DNA of 64,000 nucleotides from Octopus vulgaris. Taxonomy: Eukaryota. Where the stretch lies: NCBI GenBank assembly GCA_951406725.2, contig OX597831.1, forward strand, positions 26,846,001 to 26,910,000, written 5' to 3'. A program made the translations under genes and the position numbers. This document shows positions 40,088 to 54,718 of the stretch, piece after piece. The stretch's first letter is position 1. The number at the start of each line of letters is the position of its first letter. The notes beneath the pieces were generated by a model that saw only the letters and a program-made list of their open reading frames with translations, ran no database searches and was not told where the DNA came from.

Positions 40088-40379
40088 GAATAGCAGCAGC
40101 ATGGAGCTGACGTGGGAATTACTACCCGGTCGCTCGCTCGCCTTTACAAGAAATAGCAGCTAAGTCCCTCTCTCTCTCTCTCTCTTTTATTATATGTTGC
40201 CGTTTTTTAAAACAAGACACATCGTATAATGTAGTTCTACACAGACACCATAAAGGGTAAAAATAATAATAATAATATTAATTACTGAATATATTGGTTT
40301 GCAAGTCTGATCCATCAGGATTCGCCTAGGGTTAAACAACAGAATCAACAATAACAACAACAACATACGCACTATCCCT

Positions 40380-41670
40380 GTTGTTACTACTGCCACCATC
40401 ACCACAAACACCACCAATTACCGCCATTTGCAACAATAATATATGCGCAATTCCAATTATTACCACCACCCTCTATACCACCACCACCACCACCCTCTCC
40501 ACACTCTCTCCGCCACCACCTTCCCTGCCACTAGCACCACCCTGTCCACCACTCCACCACCACCTCCCTTCCTACCACTTTCCCCACCACCCTCACTACC
40601 ACTCACTCCATCACCCTCTCCACTGCCACCACCTCCACCACCCTCACTACCACCCACTCCACCACCCTCTCCACCACTACCACCTTCTCCACCACTCTCA
40701 CCTCCACGACCTCCACCACCCTCTCTACCACCACCACCACCACCACCTCCAACAACACTGTCATCACCACTCTCTCCACCACTACCACCACCAACACCGT
40801 CGTCACCAATAACAACAACAACAACAACAGTTCTAGCACAACGCCAGTAACAACATCCTGTCTCTCCTCTTCTATACCTCAGCGCCACCTCAACCACATC
40901 CACCACCACATACGACAACAACAACATGAAAACAAATAACAACAACAACAACTGAAGCATCATCTTCATCGTCATCACCGTCGTTAATCAACATCATCAT
41001 CAGGATCCTCACCACAACCATCATCAACATCATCATCATCATTACCATCATCATCATCACCATCGACACCATAGCAACCGCCACCACCCACTCCACCATC
41101 ATCACCACCACCACCAACAACAACAACAATAACAACAACACCAGCAGCACTATCAATCTACCCGAGATGCCATCCCAATTTGAACGCTGATATAGACATA
41201 CATACCTCTTCCGGTGTGAATGTACAGGGACAGGAAGTAGGGGGTTGGAGATAGAATTTCGGGGGGATTTCTGGGTAATTAATATTGTCTTTGATGATGA
41301 TAATGAATGATGACGACAGCCAAAACGGTGTCGATGATTATGATGATAATGATGATAGCCATGATGATGATGGTAACGATGATGAGGAGAGGACGGTTAG
41401 GAAGAGGATGGGTCAGCAGGAGGAGGAGGAGGAGGACAACGACGACGTCGATGAAGGAGAAAATAAGGGATGACAGATTACTTAATGATGATGATGATGG
41501 GATATTAATTATGTCTTTATCAAGGGAATAATAATGATGTTGGTGGTGGTGGTGGTGGTGGTGGTGGTGGTGGTGGTGGTGATGATGATGATGGAGTGGG
41601 TGGTGACGGTTGCTGTGGTGTCGATGGTGATGATGATGATGAGGAGAAGGAGGAGGAGGTGGAACCACAT
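40380..41670. repeat. Low-complexity (CAC/CAT/CAA)n then (GAT/GGT)n tracts
   Basis: Direct reading. Confidence 0.85.
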
Positions 41671-42160
41671 AACGAAATGCTCAACTGTTCCTCGGACATA
41701 AAAATTTGTCCACAACTTCTACATTACTGCCACCTGTCTCCCCCCCCCCCAGCCTCAGCCTTTCATTCCTGGGGATGAGCCGCAGTTAAACAACAATAAC
41801 AGCCATCACAACTCTATTACCCTCACACCACACACTTGTATACACACACACACACACACACACTTGTATATAATTCTTTCGGGGAACGTTGAATCTTGAA
41901 GCACGTAAGCTCTAAATATTAACGTAAATATTGGTTAAGACAACCTTCATATGGAAAGGGAAAGGGTCGAAGTCTGTCCGTAGATCACGAAGCAACATCT
42001 CCATTAAACATGACAGGCTTTCTGCTATTGGACCAAAGTAATACTTAAAGTGTCTCTATCCATTTTTAGAAGCTTTATTCTTAGCAGTAACAATGGTATG
42101 TTGTTTTGTTAACAATACATACATACATACATACATACATACATACATACATACATACAT

Positions 42161-42199
<39 letters not shown>

Positions 42200-42257
42200 C
42201 ACATACATACATAAAAAAATACCCCGTTTTGATGTTGAAATTCCAATGAAGGAGCTC

Positions 42258-42513
42258 TGGATCTAGGTTAGAAACCGGCTCTTTCTCTATTGGCAAGAAA
42301 TCTTGAAATAAAATTGAACAATGATACACATGCGCGCGCACGTACGTACGTATACACACATATATGTATTTATGTATGTACGTACATACATACATACATA
42401 AATACATATATGTGTGTATACGTACGTACGTGCGCGCGCATGTGTATCATTGTTCAATTTTATTTCAAGATTTCTTGCCAATAGAGAAAGAGCCGGTTTC
42501 TAACCTAGATCCA
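42258..42513. repeat. Palindrome with perfect 123-bp arms and 10-bp spacer
   Basis: tggatctaggttagaaaccggc...tatgtatgta | cgtacataca | tacatacata...gccggtttctaacctagatcca. Confidence 0.9.
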
Positions 42514-42580
42514 ATGTATTTATGTATTTATGTATGTATGTATGTATGTATTTATGTATTTATGTATGTATGTACGTGTT

Positions 42581-42888
42581 GAGGCGCAATGGCCTAGTGG
42601 TTAGGGCAGCGGACTCGCGGTCGTAGGATCGCGGTTTCGATTCCCAGACCGGGCGTTGTGAGTGTTTATTGAGCGAAAACATCTAAAGCTCCACGTGGCT
42701 CCGGCAGGGGATGGTGGCGATCCCTGCTGTACTCTTTCGCCACAACTTTCTCTCACTCTTTCTTCTCTTGGCCTGCTCGCTTAGCCAGCGGGGTGGCGTC
42801 ATTTGAAGGCTAAAACAATGCGAAGCGCATTGTGACCAGCGATGTGTAACAACATCTGATGGTCTGGTCGGTCACGGTGATCACGGTG
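42581..42888 (+). mobile_element. Full-length tRNA-Arg-like SINE (type C; resembles octopus OR-type SINEs)
   Basis: A box tggcctagtgg, anticodon-like CTCGC and B box gtttcgattcc; tail ends gtcacggtgatcacggtg. Confidence 0.85.
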
Positions 42889-42944
42889 TATGTACGTATG
42901 TATGTATGTATGTATGTATGTATGTATGTATGTACGTATGTAAA

Positions 42945-43245
42945 TGACGGTTAGGGTATTCGGCTCACGATCGTGAAGTCGTGAGTTCGATACACAGCAG
43001 TGTTGTGTCCTTGAGCAAAACACTTTATTTCACGTTGTGCTAACTCGGCTGGTAAAAATGCGTAGTATCTGTATTTCAAAAGGTCAGACTTGTCACATCG
43101 TGTGCCTCGCTCAATCTCTCTGAGAACTACGTTAAGGGCGCACGTGACTGTAGAGTGCTAAACCACTTACACGTTAATTTCATGAACAGGCTGTTCTGTT
43201 GATTGGATCAATTAGAACCGTAATCATCGTAACCGATGGAGTGGA
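42945..43245 (+). mobile_element. Type D SINE
   Basis: Homologous to 38252-38574. Confidence 0.8.
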
Positions 43246-43247
43246 TC

Positions 43248-43279
<32 letters not shown>

Positions 43280-43283
43280 CACC

Positions 43284-43328
<45 letters not shown>

Positions 43329-44362
43329 TGTTTTAAATCCGGGTTTCGACCCCGTTAACGGCGGTGGCCGGATCTACCTCAATGCCATAGCAATCGGGTT
43401 AGGCAGATGCAGCCCGCTCCAACCTTTAGGCTGGCTGGTTCCCATTCTCCTTTACTGGATTTTCTACGGGGAACATGCTCTTGCTTACCCCCAACCTCAG
43501 TTTCTAGACGAGTGGTCCCGAGACCATGGCCCCTTCTATGATTTTAAAGAAATGTGGTGGAAAACTAGCTCGGGAAGGCAGAGACGCTACTTCCTGAGAC
43601 CCCTTTCGGACTACCACGTTATATACGGTGTATATAACATAACCCTACGGTATATAACATTAGAGTTATTGTGTCCCCTACCATCCATAAACCAGACCTG
43701 CACCATCTACGATAGACATTTCTATATCCCTTAGAATATTACCCCTCTGAGATCCCAACATCCGTTAAACCATACTTATCCTACGGCCGTCTGTTTGCAG
43801 TAATTCATGAACATCAACCCCAATCTCGCCATCCTCGAGGGCCTTCAAAAGCCATGTCTCTGACTCCTTCTTTCAGGCCAAACTGTAACCCCTATCTCCC
43901 CAAAAGTGTCCCGTAGGATATTATTTGCCAGAGATTTGACTTTATTTCTAGCAGATTCACTGACCACATAGAGGCTTCTTCTCAGCTCAATAACAAATAT
44001 ATTTCATTATAGTTCGAGTTAAATTCTTTAAAATTTAGTATAAAATTTTAATTACATGTAAAAATTAATACAATTTAAAAATTAACAATTTTCTTGGAAA
44101 TTTATATGAAAAAACAAACAATAACATAATAGGTAATTGAACTTACTCACCTAATTAGCGAAAAAATAATTACAATTAAATCTAGTAAGACGTGATACTT
44201 AGTTTTAATTATCAAACAAAGAAATCCTATAAATTTGAGTAAATAAGGATTTTTAAAAAAATAATTGAGTTAAGTTTGTTAATGTTAATTCCTCTTAATT
44301 AGGTAATTGGGATTTTTACATAAATAACAAATTATAACAACGGAGACTATTTCTGAGACTTC

Positions 44363-44401
<39 letters not shown>

Positions 44402-44454
44402 ATGTGGTGGTGGTAGTGGTGACGATGGTGGTGGTGGTGGTGGTGGTGGTGGTG

Positions 44455-44690
44455 GTGGCGACGGCAGCGGCGGCGGCGACGGAGGCGGCGGCGGCGACGG
44501 AGGCGGCGGCGGCGACGGAGGCGGCGGCGGCGACGGAGGCGGCGGCGGCGACGGAGGCGGCGGCGGCGACGGAGGCGGCGGCGGCGACGGAGGCGGCGGC
44601 GGCGACGGAGGCGGCGGCGGCGACGGAGGCGGCGGCGGCGACGGAGGCGGCGGCGGCGACGGAGGCGGCGGCGGCGACGGAGGCGGCGGT
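44455..44690. repeat. GC-rich 18-bp minisatellite (gacggaggcggcggcggc), about 13 copies
   Basis: Direct reading. Confidence 0.95.
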
Positions 44691-44959
44691 GTGATTATCT
44701 GAGGGAGAATGGAGGGGTGACAGTCAAAAGTAGAGACGGCAAAAGAGAGTAGAAGAGACAGCAAGGAAGTGATAGAGATGAAGAACGAGAGAAAGATATA
44801 GAGAGGGAGAAAACAGCAAGAGAGAGAGAGAGTAAATAAAGACAGGGAAAGGTAGGAGAGAGATAGACAGAGAGAGACGAAGACAGAAAAAAGACAAAGA
44901 AAGAGTAATAGGGAGAGAAACAAAGAGACACAGAGTGAACAACAGCGAGAGAGAAAGAT

Positions 44960-44994
<35 letters not shown>

Positions 44995-45017
44995 CAGAGA
45001 AGGAGAGAGAGATGAAC

Positions 45018-45076
<59 letters not shown>

Positions 45077-45177
45077 CGTAGAGAGATAGAGAGAGACAGA
45101 GATTAAGCGATAAGGTGACAAAGAGGCTAAAAGTGAGGGTCAAAGAGAAAGAGCCACAGATGAGAAGAGAGAGCGAA

Positions 45178-45216
<39 letters not shown>

Positions 45217-45646
45217 CAAACAGAGAAATAGCAAGAGATAGCTATTAGAGGGAATGAAGGGGAGAGAGAAGTGTGTGTGTGTGAAAAAGTAGATTAACAG
45301 AAAAAGAACTGAAAGACAGACCAAATGTGACGAAATATGAAAGTTCTTTAAAAAGATACTTTTTCAATTGCTATTTCGGTTCTTAATAAAACGAAACAGA
45401 AAGATATAATGATTTCTAACGTGATAATAATTACATTAATTAACAATAAAGAACTAATTAGACCGAAATTAATAGTAATTCACAGTAAAGAAATAACTGT
45501 TCAAAGAAAATATTAATTTGATTAAAATTCAGTGAATTTTGTTGTTTTGTTGTTTTATATATATATTTTTTTTGTTGGGGAGTTTATAATACGATTCTGT
45601 TATTAATTGAATGTTTGGTATTCCGTAGATAATATTCGAGACGTCT

Positions 45647-46045
45647 AAGGCGGTGAGCTGGCAGAATCGTTAGCACGCCGGGCGGAAATGCGTAGCCGTA
45701 TTTCGTCTACTGTTACGTTCTGAGTTCAAATTCCGCCGAGGTCGACTTTGCCTTTCATCCCTTCGGGGTCGATTAAATAAATACCAGTTACGCACTGAGG
45801 TCGATATAATCGACTTTATCCGCTTATCTGTCCTTGTTTGTCCCCTCTGTGTTTAGCCCCTTGTGGGTAGTAAAGAAATAGGTATTTCGTCTGTCTTTAC
45901 GCTCTGAGTTCAAATTCCGCCGAGGTCGACTTTGCCTTTCATCCTTTCGGGATCATTATGTACCAGTTGCGTACTGGGGGTCGAGCTAATTGACTGGCCC
46001 CACTCCCCCAAAATTTCGGGCTTTGTGCTTAGAGTAGAAAAGAAA
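45647..46045 (+). mobile_element. Type B SINE, long duplicated form
   Basis: Homology to the type B consensus, with internal repeat of gtatttcgtct..gagttcaaattccgccgagg. Confidence 0.9.
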
Positions 46046-46538
46046 AGAATATTCGGGATGTCTGGATGTCTTGTTGATCTGGGTGGTCAAAGATGGATTG
46101 GTGAATATCACATCGGTTGAAAGAAGTTTGGTTCAGAATCAAGCTTGAAGTTGGTGTTCACTGTTCACAGTGCACCTTTTGCCGACACTTTATATAACAA
46201 GCGGAGTGGTATCCCTTTATTTGTTGGCCATCATGTTGAAATAATTATTTGAGCGAATGCAAGTAGTGCATTTGTGTCACTATTGTTACATTTGTGCAAT
46301 ATAGCTGTTGCCGGGATCGAATATCAAGTAAACTAGTGTTAACATTAAAATTAAAGTGCGTTAAACATATACACTGGCGTGGCTGCGTGGTAAAAAGCTT
46401 GCTCTTCAACCACATCATTCCGGGTTCAGTCCCACTATGTAGCACCTTAAGCAAGTGTATTCTACTATAGCCTAAGGCAGACCAAACCCTTGTGAATGGA
46501 TTTGGTAGTCGGAAACTGAAACAGTCCCGCCGTGTGTG

Positions 46539-46593
<55 letters not shown>

Positions 46594-46704
46594 AAGTAAA
46601 AGTAATAAACCTCATTGAGGGATCATAAGTCCAATGAAAATACTGGTTAGTTACCAGTCTATAGAAAGTTCAACTTTACTTTAAGGTAACCATATAAACC
46701 GTGG

Positions 46705-46753
<49 letters not shown>

Positions 46754-47090
46754 GGGGGGGGATGTATATATATAAAACAAAGAGAAAATGGAGAGGTAAT
46801 TAATAAAATCATTTATTAATTATAAAATATGACAACATCTCTGACAGCTGTTTCGATTCAGAAATCTTTTGATTAATTTATAAAATGAATCTTTTCATAG
46901 GTAGTAAAGATATACCGATTAGAAATACATGTTGAGATAACGGCTATAAAACCGTTTACTGATAGCATATATATACAAAAAGAGCCGGTTATAGAAGGAC
47001 TCAATCTTACATAGGGGGAGAAGGTAAATGTAATATCATAGGGTATTGAGAAAGAGAAAAAGAAAAGGAAAAATGGAAACAGAAAAACGC

Positions 47091-47454
47091 TGCTAACCAA
47101 CCACATGGTTCCGGGTTCAGTCCTCCTGCGTGACATCTTGGGCAAGTGTCTTCTGCTATAACCCCGGGCCGACCAATGCCTTGTAAAGGGGATTTGGTAG
47201 ACGGAAACTGAAAGAAGCCTGTCGTATATATGTATGTGTGTGTGTTTGTGTGTCTGTGTTTGTCCCCCTAGCATTGCTTGACAACCGATGCTGGTGTGTT
47301 TACGTCCCCGTAACTTAGCGGTTTGGCAAAAGAGACGACCGATAGAATAAGTACTGGCCTTACAAAGAATAAGTCCCGGGGTCGATTTGCTCGACTAAAG
47401 GCGGTGCTCCAGCATGGCCGCAGTCAAATGACTGAAACAAGTAAAAGAGTAAAA
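47091..47454 (+). mobile_element. 5'-truncated type A SINE
   Basis: Homology to the other type A copies. Confidence 0.9.
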
Positions 47455-47871
47455 GTGTAATCCAATATAGGGAGGGGGCAGGTAGTGTATAATTTGTGTC
47501 TTAAATAAAAAGAAAAGAAGAGATTAATATATTAGAGGGTACTGAGAAGGAAAAAAGACACAACATATACGCTACCTGCGCCCCCTATGCTGGATTGTGG
47601 AATTATTATATATTTATAAATATATGCGTTTTTCTGCTTCCATTTCCCTTTTCTTTTTCTCCTTCTCAATACACTATGATATTACATTAATCTCTTCTTT
47701 TCTTTCTTTCAGACATATAATATATACTACCTTCTCCCACTATGTTAGATTGAGTCCTATATATAATATATATTAACTTCTATAACCGGCTCTTTTTGTA
47801 TATATTTACTGTTAGTTAACGGTTTTATAGCCTTTATCTCAACATGTATTTCTGATCGGTATATCTTTACT

Positions 47872-47955
47872 ACCTCTGAAGAGATTCGTCATATAATGAT
47901 TTTAATTTTATAAATTAATTATCTGAAGTTTTCTGAATCGAAACAGCTGTCAGAG
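47872..47955 (+). ncRNA. Hammerhead motif with long AU-rich loop II
   Basis: CUGAAGA-GAUUC..(47 nt)..GAAUC-GAAA-CAGCUGUC. Stem III is palindromic; stem I is weak. Confidence 0.55.
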
Positions 47956-47980
47956 ATGTTGTCATACTTTAGAATTAATA

Positions 47981-48063
<83 letters not shown>

Positions 48064-48069
48064 CATGTG

Positions 48070-48480
48070 TGCGTGTGTCTTCGTGTCTGCATTTGTTCCC
48101 CTACCACCGCTTGACAACCGGTGCTGGTGTGTTTACGATCTCGTAGGTTAGCTGTTCGGTAAAAGAGAGCGATTGAATGAGTACAGGGCATTAAAAATAA
48201 GTCCTGGGGTAGATTCATTCGACTAAGGAATTCTCTAATGCGATGCTCCAGTATGGCCGCATTATAATGCCAGAAACAAGTAAAAGATAAAAGGTACGCG
48301 TGTGCATGTGCGTGGGTTCAGGATAACCAAAAAGCAGTTCGAAGTACTTACTTTATCGACTCCGAAAGGATGAAAGGCAAAGTTGACCTCGGCGGAATTT
48401 GAACGCAGAACGTAAAGACGGACGAAATGCCGCTAAGTATTTTACCCGGCATGCTAATGATTCTGCTAACTCGCCGCCTT
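48070..48480. mobile_element. Type A 3' fragment (+) and type B fragment (-)
   Basis: Homology to the type A and type B copies. Confidence 0.75.
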
Positions 48481-49002
48481 ATTTCTCTAAGTATTGCCAA
48501 CATAGAACTTCTACCGAGCGCATTGTGCCTGGCGATATTCAAGGAACCAGACACCAAAGTTTTTTCTTGATCTAAGATTTCAGTTCCATCAAAGAGAAGA
48601 ACTACGAAAAGATATGCCGTACAAACGGAGACCAAGTTGACTCCCCGTCCAGAAAAATCTATTGGTCGCATAGCCCCGGCACGGCTGCATTATCAGCAGT
48701 CATGGCATGCCAAATCTGCCTTCCACAGGGCTTTGGAAAAGGATGGACCGCCTCACTAGTAAAGAGCATCCTTTTCAAAGGAAGCGAAAAAGTAAACGTT
48801 CTAGTCTGACCAAATGATAACTAAGGCAAGGAACTGCTTATAACATGGCTGCCAGGTCTGGAGAATTAGCCGTGCAAAAACATGGGGCTGGGATGAAATA
48901 AGAATGAAATGTGAAATTTGGTATTAATTATTAATTACATCATGGTTATTAGAGTCATGACTACAGGACAACAGACATGTGTATGTGTGTAAATAGACAG
49001 AC

Positions 49003-49070
<68 letters not shown>

Positions 49071-49192
49071 TGGTAGGTAGGTAGGTAGGTAGATAGATAA
49101 ATAGATGGATAAGATTTGGGAGTGTACATGCACACAGACATACACACACACATATACATATACACACATGTAAATAGACATACATATACACT

Positions 49193-49575
49193 TTGACTTG
49201 TTTCAGTTATTTGACTGCGGCCATGCTGGAGTACCGTCTTTAATTGAGTAAATCGACCCCGGGACTTATTCATTGTAAGCCTAGTACTTATTCTATTGGT
49301 CTCTTTTGCCGAACCGCTAAGTTACGAGGACGTTAACACACCAGCATCGGTTCTCAAGCGATGTTGGGGGGACAAACACAAACACACACACACACACATA
49401 TATTCATACATATATACAACGGGCTTCTTTCATTTTCCGTCTACTAAATGCACTCACAACTCTTTGGTCGGCCCGAGGCTATAGTAGAAGACACTTGCCC
49501 AAGGTGCCACGCAGTGGGAATGAACCCAGAACCATTGATTGGTAAATAAGCTACTTACCACACAGCCACTCCTGC
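49193..49575 (-). mobile_element. Type A SINE
   Basis: Homology to the other type A copies. Confidence 0.9.
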
Positions 49576-49591
49576 ACATATATGTATGTAT

Positions 49592-49624
<33 letters not shown>

Positions 49625-49695
49625 CCGGAGTAAACACATAAATGTGAAACAAGGTGGAAAAAAGAGTACTCAAATACCAGTGGTAGAGTAATATG

Positions 49696-49911
<216 letters not shown>

Positions 49912-50256
49912 GTATTATACATATTTACATACATATATATATACATGTGTGTTTGGAGAAAAAGACAGAAAGAAAGATAGATTAAATAGACACAAATGGA
50001 TGTAGATATATAAATATCTACAGATAGACATAGCTATAGATATACACACACACATAAACACAAGCACACTTGCACACACAAGAAACAACTACAAACACAT
50101 ACATAAATACCATTAAACCTTTCCTACAACGATCCTTTTCCGTTTTCCTCCTCTTCGTAAAAGATGAATCGAGACAAGAGAAATCTGTGAGAAATTAGGC
50201 TATGGGTTGGTCCCTTCTCTAACATCCGCCCCCTCCAATTCTTCTCAGCTTCTCCC

Positions 50257-50331
<75 letters not shown>

Positions 50332-50672
50332 GTCTCGCATACTCTCTTTCCTTCTCTATTTCCTCTCCGGAAAAAAGATCATACATGCCTCGTAGAGACT
50401 TCATCAATGATGATTGAGTGGAAGTCATTTCCACAAGTCACTCAGTACGCACACATGTGCTGTGTATGTATGTGTGTTGTGATTGTGTGTGTGTGTATGT
50501 GTGTGTGTGTGCGTGTGTGTAAATGCTCAAACTATCAACTTTAGTAATGACCAATCAAATTTTTATTTTATCGTCGACCCTCTACCGAAACCCATACTAA
50601 TACAGACACATGCACACGCACACAAATACATACATACACATACACCAATCACACACATATATATGTGCATAT

Positions 50673-50703
<31 letters not shown>

Positions 50704-50746
50704 CGCATACATATATAAATTTGTGCGTGTGTGTACATATATCTCT

Positions 50747-50806
<60 letters not shown>

Positions 50807-50931
50807 ATATATATATGTATATGTATGTATGTATATATATAAATATATATATTTATAGATATATGTATACATATATATGTAGTATACGCATATCTATATA
50901 TTGATATATATATATATATATATATGTATGT

Positions 50932-51005
<74 letters not shown>

Positions 51006-51263
51006 GAATGTCTGTATATATATATGTATGTATGTATGTACGTATATAGATACATATAGATAGATAAACATACATACATACGCACACACTCATACATACA
51101 TTTAATTTTCGCTCCATCTGTCCATCTAATTTTTTTCACTGAGAAAGTTGCCTACAACCGGAAGTAATAGAAAAACGGAAGTGAGGAGTATTAAATGGTC
51201 ATTTACTGTTCTGTAAAAACACTACACATCTTCTACGCAGTTATTCATTTTCTTTTTTTTTTT

Positions 51264-51306
<43 letters not shown>

Positions 51307-51820
51307 GTTTGTTTCCTCTGTCTTTTAATGGTGATGGTGATAGTGGTGTATTGATGGCAGCGGTTGTAGTGGTGTCGCAAATGTGGCGGTGATGGTGGTG
51401 GTGGTGGTGGTGGTGGTGGTATAGGTGATGTCGGTTGTTGTTACAGTGGTGCAGCGGTGTATATTTGTATACGTTCATAAACAATGCGCACGCACACGCA
51501 TAGCTGTACGAAATGAATATGTTTACAAATATATACATACATGGATGCACACACACAAACACACTCACGTACCTGAATATATTTTCATATTACTGTACAT
51601 AAACATAAGCACGCGTATATGTATAGCGCTTATACACACACACACACAACTATATATGTATGTATGTATGTATGTATGGCAATGTGGTTAAGAACTTCTC
51701 TTCAAATTCATGTAGTTTCTGGTTCAATCTCACTACGCAGCACCATGGGAAGGTGTCTAAGAACCTTGTAAGGGGATTTTATAATCGTGGAAAAGTGCAT
51801 GTTATGTGTGTGTGTGTGTG

Positions 51821-51871
<51 letters not shown>

Positions 51872-51928
51872 GTACCACATTTGCGACACCACTACAACCG
51901 CTGCCATCACTACCACCACCACCACCAT

Positions 51929-52330
51929 CGCAGGAGCGGCTGTGTGGTAAGTAGCTTGCTAACCAACCACATGGTTCCGGGTTCAGTCCCACTGCGTGGC
52001 AACTTGGGCAAGTGTCTTCTGCTATAGCCCCGGGCCGACCAATGCCTTGTGAGTGGATTTGGTAGACGGAAATTGAAAGAAGCCTGTCGTGTATATGTAT
52101 ATATATATGTGTGTGTGTGTATGTGTGTATGTGTGTCTGTGTTTGTCCCCCTAGCATTGCTTGACAACCGATACTGGTGTGTTTACATCCCCGTCATTTA
52201 GCGGTTCGGCAAAAGAGACCGATAGAATAAGTACTGGGCTTACAAAGAATAAGTCCCGGGGTCGATTTGCTCGACTAAAGGCGATGCTCCAGCATGGCCG
52301 CAGTCAAATGACTGAAACAAGTAAAAGAGT
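51929..52330 (+). mobile_element. Type A SINE
   Basis: Homology to the other type A copies; nearly identical to 39061-39448. Confidence 0.9.
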
Positions 52331-52361
52331 ATGTATATGTATGTATCTATATATGTATATG

Positions 52362-52394
<33 letters not shown>

Positions 52395-52732
52395 GCATAC
52401 ATCGCTCAGTAATTAGGGTTTGGCCCTCACCATCTTGTGGTCGTGGTTTCAATTCCCAGATCGGAAGTGCATTGCGTTACTTGTGCAAAACTCATCATTT
52501 CACGTTACACCTATTTCACTCAGCTGCAACTGAATAATGAATAACCCTGCAACGGAGTGACATTCTATTTAGGAGGGGGATGTCGGCGTGCCCACCTGGC
52601 CAACAGTTGGACATTTTTCGAAAGCTATAACCATGAGTGGAAGTGCATTGTGATCAGCGATGACTAACACGATCCAATACTTGGGTTTATACAGCAATAT
52701 GTATGTATATATCCATATATGTATTCTTTTAT

Positions 52733-53118
52733 TGTTTTACTTGTTCCAGTCATTAGACTGCGGTCATGCTGGAGCACAAGTAGAATTTCTAGTCGAAATA
52801 ATCGCCCCCAGTACGTATATTTTTAAGTCTGGTACTTATTTTATCGATTGTTTCTCGCCAAACCGCTATGTTACTGAGACGTAACATACACCGGTGGGAG
52901 GAGACAAACACAGATACACACACGTATATATATATTAGTGTGTGTGTGTGTGTGTGAGGGGCTTCCTTCAGTTTCCGTCTACCAAACCCATTCACAACAC
53001 TTTGGCCGGCACGAGGCAATGGTAGAAGACACTCGCTCAAGTTGCCACGCAGTTGGACTGAATACGAAACCATGTGGCAGGGAAGCAATCTTTTTATCAC
53101 ACAACCACGCCAGCGCCT
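52733..53118 (-). mobile_element. Type A SINE, diverged
   Basis: Homology to the other type A copies. Confidence 0.75.
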
Positions 53119-53135
53119 ATATTTGTGTATATGCG

Positions 53136-53228
<93 letters not shown>

Positions 53229-53274
53229 TGCATGTATGTATGTATGTATTTATATATATATATATGTATGTATG

Positions 53275-53336
<62 letters not shown>

Positions 53337-53362
53337 TGTATGTATGTATGTATGTATGTATT

Positions 53363-53450
<88 letters not shown>

Positions 53451-53516
53451 TGTATGTATGTATGTATGTATGTATGTATGTATGTATGTATTTATATATA
53501 TATATATGTATGTATG

Positions 53517-53557
<41 letters not shown>

Positions 53558-54414
53558 CATCTAATATAGGATAAAATTTTTCGAAAAGAATTCTATCAAT
53601 GGCCAGCATATTAAAAAATCCTTTAAAGGTTAAATTATAGTGTTGAATTATATGGTTATTGATGAAGTGTCTATTTTCGGCATATTTGGCATTAGAAATT
53701 TTTTTCTTTTGCCCTTGTTTATAAGTTTTATATATATATATATATATATATATACACGTATAATAAGGGATGACCACTCTAGAGAACATTCTTTTCTTTG
53801 TAGTTAGATCGTAGTTGATTTTCTTCTATATATATATATTTGTATCTAATTTGAAAGAAATAAGAACCTCCACTCAGTAACATGTTACTGTTCTTGTTTA
53901 ACTCCAGGTTCGCCCTGATTGTTCACTTCTATCATTGCAGGCAGTACAGCCATGACCAATACGTCTATTTTTTTTCCTTCAGACATCATGTCATTTCTGT
54001 CACAACACAATGCATCTTGTAGTTTTTTATTTTCATTATTTTGTTTATTTATTTTTTACTTTATTATCTTATTGTCACGTGATACCAGATTTTACAAATT
54101 CCCTTTTTCTTTGGAAACTTCCCAGAGAAGGAGGCGATGATTTCCAATGATCATAGCTCTGCAATATCAACGCCGTCCACTTTGGTGGAATGTTATCCGA
54201 GTTTGCCACACTTTTCGGAGAATGTTCTTCTCAATTGGAAAAGAATTGGTACAACTCGAGTTATTGTATCAGCTCAAACAATCCTCCTCATACGTTTTTG
54301 CCAATTGTTTAATCACATAAGGACATAGTACCGACTACTTGTTAAGTTGTTGTGCACTCTCGAGAATAAACTATTTTTGCTTAGATAAACTAAAATTGCA
54401 TTACTTTGGTTCAG

Positions 54415-54475
<61 letters not shown>

Positions 54476-54628
54476 TGCACACATACAAACACAAACACAC
54501 ACATACACGAACATATTTATATAGACACACACATACTTGAAATGTATACGCATATATGTAAACATATATATACGTACATATATGGGTGTGTGCATATATT
54601 TGTATATAAGATAGATAGATAGCTAAAC

Positions 54629-54718
<90 letters not shown>

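Larger units (their letters stand above)
46810..47985. mobile_element. Diverged inverted pair of Penelope-type pLTRs with hammerhead motifs, interrupted by a SINE
   Basis: 46810-47090 is approximately the reverse complement of 47625-47985, and 47461-47500 approximately that of 47555-47596. Confidence 0.75.

Noticed and set aside
42581-42656. tRNA-Arg-like sequence (also the other SINE heads)
   Set aside because: There is no complete cloverleaf or acceptor stem, and it continues into a SINE body present in several copies.
44285-45121. Extensin-like SPPPPP ORF (278 aa)
   Set aside because: It derives from the 18-bp minisatellite plus (GA)n/(TA)n tracts; there is no splice or coding context.
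54140-54200. Minus-strand WTALILQSYD resembling Gypsy RNase H 'RWAL.LQ.YD'
   Set aside because: It is a single short motif with no flanking pol similarity readable by eye.
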